Shown: positions 58,378-64,000 of the stretch, piece after piece
Layout of the letters: each line of letters starts with the position of its first letter
Position numbering within the stretch: the stretch's first letter is position 1
From: an uncultured Gammaproteobacteria bacterium
GTDB lineage: Bacteria; Patescibacteriota; Microgenomatia; Levybacterales; UBA12049
NCBI GenBank assembly: GCA_964515545.1
Contig: CAZERI010000003.1
Coordinates: 21,224-85,223 of the forward strand
Direction: 5' to 3'
Length of the DNA: 64,000 bases
Notes under the pieces: model-generated
What the model was told of the DNA's origin: nothing
The model's database searches: none
What the model saw: the letters and a program-made list of their open reading frames with translations, nothing else
Position numbers and translations under genes: made by a program

Positions 58378-58474
58378 CTTCTTGTCATATTATATAATAA
58401 AAAATAATGATATAGATTGCAGCAGTATGAGTCCTTGTAAAAAATACGAAACTCTATTACTATAAACTCACTTT

Positions 58475-59581
58475 ATGGCTCGATCTTCAAGTAACGCTAA
58501 ATCTTCAGCAGTCGTCCAGCAGCAGGCAGATTCCACTCAGAAATTAGAATCAATCAAGATGGCAATGGACCAGATTGAAAAACAGTTTGGTCGTGGTTCA
58601 ATAATGCGTTTTGGTGAAAGCATGGGGAAACTTGATATTTCTGTTATTTCTACAGGCTGTCTTCCGCTAGACCTCGCACTCGGTGTTGGAGGCCTGCCCC
58701 GCGGAAGAATTATAGAAATCTATGGCCCTGAGGCGTCAGGTAAAACTACTGTTTCCCTCTCAACAATAGCTCAGGCTCAAAAGCATGGAGGAGTTGCAGC
58801 TTTTATAGATGCGGAGCATGCTCTTGATCCCCAGTGGGCAGAACGGATAGGTGTTAAGCTCGATGAGTTATTAATTTCTCAGCCCGATACAGGAGAGCAG
58901 GCTTTAGAAATTGCAGAGAGTTTAATCCGCAGCGGGGGAATTGATGTATTAGTTATTGATTCGGTTGCAGCCCTTGTTCCAAGAGCTGAGATTGAAGGAG
59001 AAATGGGAGATTCCGTCATGGGACTTCAGGCTCGTCTTATGTCTCAGGCCCTCCGTAAGCTGACGGGTGTCATCTCAAAGTCAAAGACAGTTGTTATCTT
59101 CACTAATCAACTCCGACAGAAAATTGGAGTGATGTTTGGTAATCCTGAGACAACAACAGGAGGCCTGGCGCTTAAATTCTATGCTTCTATTCGTATGGAT
59201 GTAAGAAAAATTGAGACCATTAAAGATGGTGATAAAGTTATTGGGTCTAGGCATCGAGTTAAGATCGTTAAAAATAAAGTTTCTACTCCTTTTAGGCTGG
59301 CTGAATTTGACGTTTTTGAACATGGTATTTCACGAGAAGGTGGAATTTTAGATGTAGGAGTTGAGATGAACGTTCTAACGAAGTCAGGAGCATTCTTCCG
59401 ATATGATGAAAAGATGATTGGTCAAGGGAAAGCTGCTGCTATTGATTGGTTAAAAGAGAATCAAGAAGAGACGAAAAAAATAGTTCAGGAGATAATGAGC
59501 AAGAGTAAAGACGGAGGTATGCCGGTTGCTGTCGGTGTTGAGGAAGATGAAGAAGAAGAACCTCTACCACCTGTCCAATAA
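58475..59581 (+). CDS. recA: recombinase RecA
   Basis: GPEASGKTT Walker A. Classic RecA sequence throughout. Confidence 0.95.
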   Translation: MARSSSNAKSSAVVQQQADSTQKLESIKMAMDQIEKQFGRGSIMRFGESMGKLDISVISTGCLPLDLALGVGGLPRGRIIEIYGPEASGKTTVSLSTIAQAQKHGGVAAFIDAEHALDPQWAERIGVKLDELLISQPDTGEQALEIAESLIRSGGIDVLVIDSVAALVPRAEIEGEMGDSVMGLQARLMSQALRKLTGVISKSKTVVIFTNQLRQKIGVMFGNPETTTGGLALKFYASIRMDVRKIETIKDGDKVIGSRHRVKIVKNKVSTPFRLAEFDVFEHGISREGGILDVGVEMNVLTKSGAFFRYDEKMIGQGKAAAIDWLKENQEETKKIVQEIMSKSKDGGMPVAVGVEEDEEEEPLPPVQ

Positions 59582-59587
59582 TAGGTA

Positions 59588-60049
59588 ATGGACTCTTTTG
59601 AGAAATACTATATAGCGGTTATTAGGCTACTTACTCGTAGACCCCGTTCAGAAAAAGAACTTTTTGATTACCTCCTTAAGAAAAAAGCCCCCTTAGCTAT
59701 TAGTAATGCTGTAATTGCGAAGGTTCAAGAACAGCATTTTCAAAGTGATTTAGATTTTGCTAGGTGGTGGGTCCAGGGTAGAACTCGGTATAAAGCTAAA
59801 AGTAATTTAATAATCAAATTGGAGCTTCGTCAGAAAGGTATTAGTAATGAAATAATTCAGTCAGCATTAGAGGAAAAATCTGATGATTATAAAACTGACT
59901 TAGAAAAAGCAGAAATAACCGCGAGGAAGTATATAAAGCGAATTATCCACTTATCTAGAAATGATCAATATCGTCGGATGAGTTCATATCTTTCTCAGAA
60001 AGGATTTGATTATGATACTATCAGACGAGTAATTGACGATATATTATAA
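59588..60049 (+). CDS. recX: RecX-like regulatory protein
   Basis: Immediately downstream of recA. Helical-repeat protein of about 150 aa with RecX-like sequence. Confidence 0.5.
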   Translation: MDSFEKYYIAVIRLLTRRPRSEKELFDYLLKKKAPLAISNAVIAKVQEQHFQSDLDFARWWVQGRTRYKAKSNLIIKLELRQKGISNEIIQSALEEKSDDYKTDLEKAEITARKYIKRIIHLSRNDQYRRMSSYLSQKGFDYDTIRRVIDDIL

Positions 60050-60183
60050 AGAGGCTATAATATATACCTAGAGTAGCAAGAGACTGTTGACTCATGGTGT
60101 ATATGCTTAAAGGCTCATACTTACTATCTCGACAAACGATCTAAATACTAATTGGTGTTACCTCTTGCACTCCTTGATTTGCT

Positions 60184-61455
60184 ATGTCAGATTCTACCCA
60201 ACAAGATCTTATTGCTTTAGAAAAGAAACTCCTTGAGAGACAAGAAAAGCTCGAACAAAAGCTTGAACGATTTGAAGAAGATAAAGAAGATCTTTCAAAA
60301 AAAAGAGAAGAATATATTGAAAAACTTGAGAATATAAGTAGTCTTACCCGTGAGGAAGCTAGAACGTCTCTTCTAGAGGAGACAGAGCGTGATTCTGCCT
60401 CCATGATAGCACGAATTATCAAAGAGAAAGAAGAAGAAGCTAAAGCTACTGCAGATCAAAAAGCACGTGAAATACTCGTTGACTCCATGCGTCATGGTGC
60501 GCTTGATTATATAGCTGAATATACAGTTACTGTTGTGAAAGTTGCGGATGAGGAAATGAAGGGACGTATTATTGGAAAAGAAGGCCGTAATATTCGTGCA
60601 TTTGAGCAAGCAACAGGGGTAGATGTTGATTTAGATGAGGAAGGAGTTATCCGTCTTTCCTCTTTTGACAGTGTACGCCGTGAGATTGCGCGCCAGTCTC
60701 TTGAAAAACTACTAAAAGATACCCGCATTCAGCCATTCAGAATTGAAGAAATTGTGGACCAGACGAGAAAAGAAGTAGAGAAAATAATGTTTGAGGAAGG
60801 ACAGAAGTTAGCTGCTGAGGTAGGAGTCTATAATTTACCGAGTGAGATTTATCAAACTCTTGGACGTTTTAAATTCCGTACCTCGTTTGGTCAGAACTTA
60901 GTGGTCCACACATTAGAAGAGACTAAAATTGGTATTCAAATTGCGCATGAAGTTGGAGCAGATGTTAATATTGTTCGGCTAGGATGCCTCTTCCATGATA
61001 TTGGTAAAGTAGTTGAAGGCGAAGGAAGTCATGTTAAGTTGGGAGTTGAGTATCTCAATAGATTTAATTTACCAGAGGCTGTGGTTAATTGTGTAGCTGA
61101 GCATCATGAGGACAAGCCTTTCTCAAGTGTTGAGTCGGTTATCGTACATATTGCTGATGCTATTTCAGGAGCAAGACCTGGGGCTCGGTTTGAAGATATT
61201 GAGAACTATGGTAAAAGACTCAAAGAAATGGAAGAAATAGCTAAGAAGTATGAAGGCGTTGAAGACGCATATGCATTTGAAGCAGGTAGAGAATTACGGG
61301 TGATTATTAATCCAGGTAAATTAGATGATTCTCAGACTATTATTCTCTCAAAAAAGATTCAAGAAGAAGTGAGCCGATCGTTAGCAGTTCCTGGTGAAGT
61401 AAAAGTTACCGCTATCCGAGAGTTCCGCTCAGTCTACCCCGAACATACGCTCTAA
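60184..61455 (+). CDS. rny: ribonuclease Y (KH + HD domains), apparently lacking the N-terminal membrane anchor
   Basis: Coiled-coil N-terminus. KH motif IIGKEGRNIR. HD motif LFHDIGK. An in-frame stop 6 nt upstream of the ATG rules out a longer N-terminus. Confidence 0.75.
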   Translation: MSDSTQQDLIALEKKLLERQEKLEQKLERFEEDKEDLSKKREEYIEKLENISSLTREEARTSLLEETERDSASMIARIIKEKEEEAKATADQKAREILVDSMRHGALDYIAEYTVTVVKVADEEMKGRIIGKEGRNIRAFEQATGVDVDLDEEGVIRLSSFDSVRREIARQSLEKLLKDTRIQPFRIEEIVDQTRKEVEKIMFEEGQKLAAEVGVYNLPSEIYQTLGRFKFRTSFGQNLVVHTLEETKIGIQIAHEVGADVNIVRLGCLFHDIGKVVEGEGSHVKLGVEYLNRFNLPEAVVNCVAEHHEDKPFSSVESVIVHIADAISGARPGARFEDIENYGKRLKEMEEIAKKYEGVEDAYAFEAGRELRVIINPGKLDDSQTIILSKKIQEEVSRSLAVPGEVKVTAIREFRSVYPEHTL

Positions 61456-61554
61456 ATTGTATATTAGCTTGATGTATCAATGTGATCTCTTGACAAGCCT
61501 CTAGATTCCTTGTACTGTAAATCTAATTACCACTTTGAAGGGAGGTGAATCGAT

Positions 61555-61827
61555 TTGACTAAAAAAGACCTAATTGAGATTGTAGCTAAGAAATCAAACC
61601 TTACGAATAAAGCAGCAAGAGACTCAGTCCAAACCACATTAAACACGATTCGTGATTCACTGAAAAGAGGTGAGAAAGTTGTCCTTACCGGTTTTGGTAC
61701 ATTCAGTGTACGAAGTCGAGCGCAGCGGGTGGGACGTAACCCGAAGACTGGAGAACGAATCACTCTTTCTGCAAGGAAAGCTCCTGGATTCACTCCAGGT
61801 AAGACATTTAAAAAAGCAATTCGCTAA
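61555..61827 (+). CDS. hup: DNA-binding protein HU (TTG start)
   Basis: MTKKDLIEIVA...GFGTF...RNPKTGE. GGAGGTG RBS. Confidence 0.85.
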   Translation: MTKKDLIEIVAKKSNLTNKAARDSVQTTLNTIRDSLKRGEKVVLTGFGTFSVRSRAQRVGRNPKTGERITLSARKAPGFTPGKTFKKAIR

Positions 61828-61845
61828 AGGGAGTCTAATTGATAT

Positions 61846-61883
61846 AAAGAGAGGAAGGCCATCCTTAGGGTTTCCTCTTTTTG
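61846..61883 (+). terminator. rho-independent terminator after hup
   Basis: AGAGAGGAA...TTCCTCTTT stem, followed by a T-run. Confidence 0.5.
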
Positions 61884-61896
61884 TATAAGTAATTTA

Positions 61897-62305
61897 ATAT
61901 CCCAGGAAGGTAGTAAGCCAGATTCTGTTCTAAGTCTGCCTTTTGGCAGACAGGTCACAATCTCTCTCGTCATGATGCTTTCTACCATGTCGTCCGCCTA
62001 TGTATGGCGAGATGCCTTCTAACTTTGCTGCTTCTGTATACAAGTAAATAACCTCTCTAGATTTTCATCTAGGCAAGGTTGGCGCAGCTCTCGGAAGTTG
62101 CAGGAGGGAGGATTGCCCGTTTCATACCCACTCGTCTCTGTTGCTCTCAGATTCTGTCAGTTCAGAATCCGCTCACTAAACCATATGTGGGAAAGATTTA
62201 GTGATACTAGCTATTACTAGTTGGAGCTTACGCTCCATCCCTTGTATAACTCCTGTCTGGACTTTCCTGTCGCCTAAGGCGACTAGTGACCCTTCTTCCT
62301 GGGAC
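61897..62305 (-). ncRNA. rnpB: RNase P RNA (bacterial type)
   Basis: Minus-strand RNA. P1 helix CCCAGGAAG...CUUCCUGGG closing the molecule. P4 strands ACAGGAAAGUCCAGAC (5') and ACAGAAUCUGGCUUA (3') match the universally conserved RNase P core. The roughly 410-nt region has no ORF and lies between convergent genes. Confidence 0.8.
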
Positions 62306-62336
62306 AGTTATATTATACCACTAAATTACTATAAGA

Positions 62337-64000
62337 TCAATCTCTAGGAATACCACAAATCATTTTATATTCACAATTTTTACAGAAAATACTTCCTGTA
62401 CAATGAAACTGACTGAATTGGATTTCTTCAGCTTTCTTTATAATTTTGTCTTTTGTTATCTCTAATTCTTCTTTAGATCTCGTCGTAGATATTTTTTTGT
62501 TTGACTCAATATAGTAAAGAGTAAGCAAAATCTCATCTGGAGATTTATTAAAAATTTCATCTCTCACATTGGCTGCTGCTAGTGCATAAAATGAGAGTTG
62601 AAAATCTTCTTTAACTTTCTTTTCATCAGGGATATTACTGCCTGTTTTGTAATCAATGATTTCGATTCTTCCATCTGATAATTTGTCGATTCTATCGATA
62701 CGTCCACCAACTTTTAATTTACTCTGCTGACCTGCCGGATGGCTCAGCCAGAAGTTAAAAGGCATCTCGATGGCGATGGTATCGGGAGGGGCAGTAAGGA
62801 GATTATCTGCATAAGAAAGGAGCATTCTATCAGCTTGTTCCAAGGCTTTTTGTTCATGACTTTTACTAACATATCCTTGACGCACCCAATTTTTTGTAAG
62901 AAGATCATGCATCAGGGAGGATTTAATTTTTTTATCGTTTTTGAGCTGTTGGGAGAAATCTCGTAGCGTATTATGGATACTTACGCCATAGCTTAGAGCC
63001 GGAGAAGGAAGGGTAGGGACATTAAGAATGTAGCGCAGCTTATAATGAAGTGCACAGGTTTCAAAAGTTTGTAATTGAGAATAAGAAATGTAAGTAAGAG
63101 GTGCAATCGTCGGGATGATAGATTCAGCTTTTTTATCTTTTACATGATTTGTGTTGAATACATCAAGAAGAGATAGCTGTTGACTGCTTTGATAAACATT
63201 ATTTTTCTTTATTGCTTTATCAATTACCTCATCGCCTAGTGCTTCAGAAATAAATGGAGACAATTTACGTTCTCTTTTACCTTCTGAATAGAATTTTGAG
63301 GCCGTTAAAAATAATTTATCACGTGCCCTTGTCATTGCTACATAAAAAAGCCGTCTTTCTTCCTGCAAGTTCTCATCACCACTTGGTAATTCTTCACGGA
63401 TAATATCACTCGGAACTGGGATTTGTTCTTTACGGTCTCTACTTGGGAATCTCTGGGTAACTAGGTTGACAACAAAAACTATAGGGAATTCCAGTCCTTT
63501 ACTAGAATGGACTGTGAGAATGTTGACTGCATTCTCAGCTGTCCAATCAACTTCTGCAGCCATTGGACTTTCTCCTAGCTCGAGTGACAGCTCTAGCCAG
63601 TCAACTACAGCAAAGACAGATGCATCATCCCGACTTCCGGCAAAGGAATGGAGTTTATTAAAAAATTTAGCTACATTTTGGGCTTGTCTTTCAGTTTTTA
63701 CAGATTTTGGATCTAGATAATATCCCAGCAATCCAGAGTCTTCAAAGAAATAATAAAGAATTTGACCAGCTGATTCATTTGAAATAAGTTTGAGATGCTT
63801 TTTTATAATGTCCTCAATCCTTTCAAATTTTGCTATACCTTCAGCGGTAAGACCTGCGTCTTCTTTCTGTTCGATTGCTTCAAAAATGCTTACATTATTC
63901 TTTTTAACATAGTTAAGAATTGCTGCTATATCACGTGCTGCAATGTCAAAAATTGGCATAGTAATTATTCGATAAAAAGATGAGTTATCATCAAAGTTTG
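62337..64000 (-). CDS. UvrD-family helicase C-terminal region fused to PD-(D/E)XK nuclease with C-terminal 4-Cys cluster (AddA/AdnAB-like); 5' part lies beyond the window
   Basis: Frame stays open to nt 64000. Helicase motifs TVHSSKGLEFP, YVAMTRARDKL. Nuclease domain with IDRIDKLSDGRIEIIDYKTG. CTGSIFCKNCEYKMIC. Confidence 0.6.
   Translation of the reverse strand, partial: NFDDNSSFYRIITMPIFDIAARDIAAILNYVKKNNVSIFEAIEQKEDAGLTAEGIAKFERIEDIIKKHLKLISNESAGQILYYFFEDSGLLGYYLDPKSVKTERQAQNVAKFFNKLHSFAGSRDDASVFAVVDWLELSLELGESPMAAEVDWTAENAVNILTVHSSKGLEFPIVFVVNLVTQRFPSRDRKEQIPVPSDIIREELPSGDENLQEERRLFYVAMTRARDKLFLTASKFYSEGKRERKLSPFISEALGDEVIDKAIKKNNVYQSSQQLSLLDVFNTNHVKDKKAESIIPTIAPLTYISYSQLQTFETCALHYKLRYILNVPTLPSPALSYGVSIHNTLRDFSQQLKNDKKIKSSLMHDLLTKNWVRQGYVSKSHEQKALEQADRMLLSYADNLLTAPPDTIAIEMPFNFWLSHPAGQQSKLKVGGRIDRIDKLSDGRIEIIDYKTGSNIPDEKKVKEDFQLSFYALAAANVRDEIFNKSPDEILLTLYYIESNKKISTTRSKEELEITKDKIIKKAEEIQFSQFHCTGSIFCKNCEYKMICGIPRD

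Noticed and set aside
58379-58474. An SOS (LexA/Cheo) box upstream of recA.
   Set aside because: Only a half-site-like CGAAAC is present, with no inverted partner. There is a plausible TTGTAA-17-TACTAT promoter but no convincing operator.
61890-62336. Considered tmRNA or 6S RNA for the structured, GC-richer gap after hup.
   Set aside because: No tRNA-like 3' end (GGUUCGAxUCC...CCA) and no tag-peptide reading frame ending in a stop. The P1 and P4 elements of RNase P RNA fit instead.
1-64000. CRISPR arrays, IS elements, integrases or prophage genes.
   Set aside because: I saw no arrays of regularly spaced direct repeats, no transposase or integrase motifs and no terminal inverted repeats. The only tandem repeat is intragenic (51509-51980).

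Overview
This is an AT-rich bacterial chromosomal segment, with G+C in the mid-30s percent by eye. I infer a Patescibacteria/CPR-like organism with a Gram-positive-type envelope. The supporting observations are: compact gene packing with many 4-nt start/stop overlaps, no L30 gene between rpsE and rplO, and many GT-C-type membrane proteins alongside ddl, FemAB-like and LCP genes. The window falls into four blocks.

1. 1-20.3 kb is a cell-envelope modification region. It holds a TM-anchored SAM methyltransferase, GT-C-like membrane proteins (one with TPR repeats), a FemAB-like protein, an LCP ligase, a UvrD-type helicase and tpiA. It also holds a nine-gene overlapping minus-strand operon (10474-20255). 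That operon joins PilN/PilO-like bitopic proteins, a Thr/Pro-rich doubly anchored Ig/FN3 surface protein, an FAD oxidoreductase, a GT39/83-like transferase, an NAD-dependent sugar epimerase, a HAD phosphatase and a large 'YYY-motif' membrane protein. I flag this as the best candidate for an undescribed system, namely a protein O-glycosylation or surface-assembly module.

2. 20.4-44.7 kb carries translation genes. fusA and tuf are separated by ddl plus three envelope genes. They are followed by an almost complete S10-spc-alpha ribosomal superoperon (rpsJ to rpsI, including secY, adk, an extra P-loop kinase, cmk, map, infA, rpmJ and rpoA).

3. 44.7-58.3 kb is an accessory-looking stretch. It contains an MBL hydrolase with two orphan proteins, a beta-lactamase-like serine hydrolase, obg, an ABC exporter and a protein made of three tandem zinc-ribbon repeats coupled to a small partner. 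It also contains three Nudix hydrolases, hflX, an HExxH membrane protein preceded by an unlisted 57-aa ORF, a methyltransferase and tRNA-Pro(GGG).

4. 58.4-64 kb holds recA-recX-rny-hup. A roughly 410-nt RNase P RNA gene, absent from the ORF track, lies on the minus strand in the gap between the 3' ends of hup and the next gene. The window ends in a 5'-truncated UvrD-helicase/PD-(D/E)XK nuclease fusion.

All homology calls rest on motifs read by eye and need HMM or BLAST confirmation.
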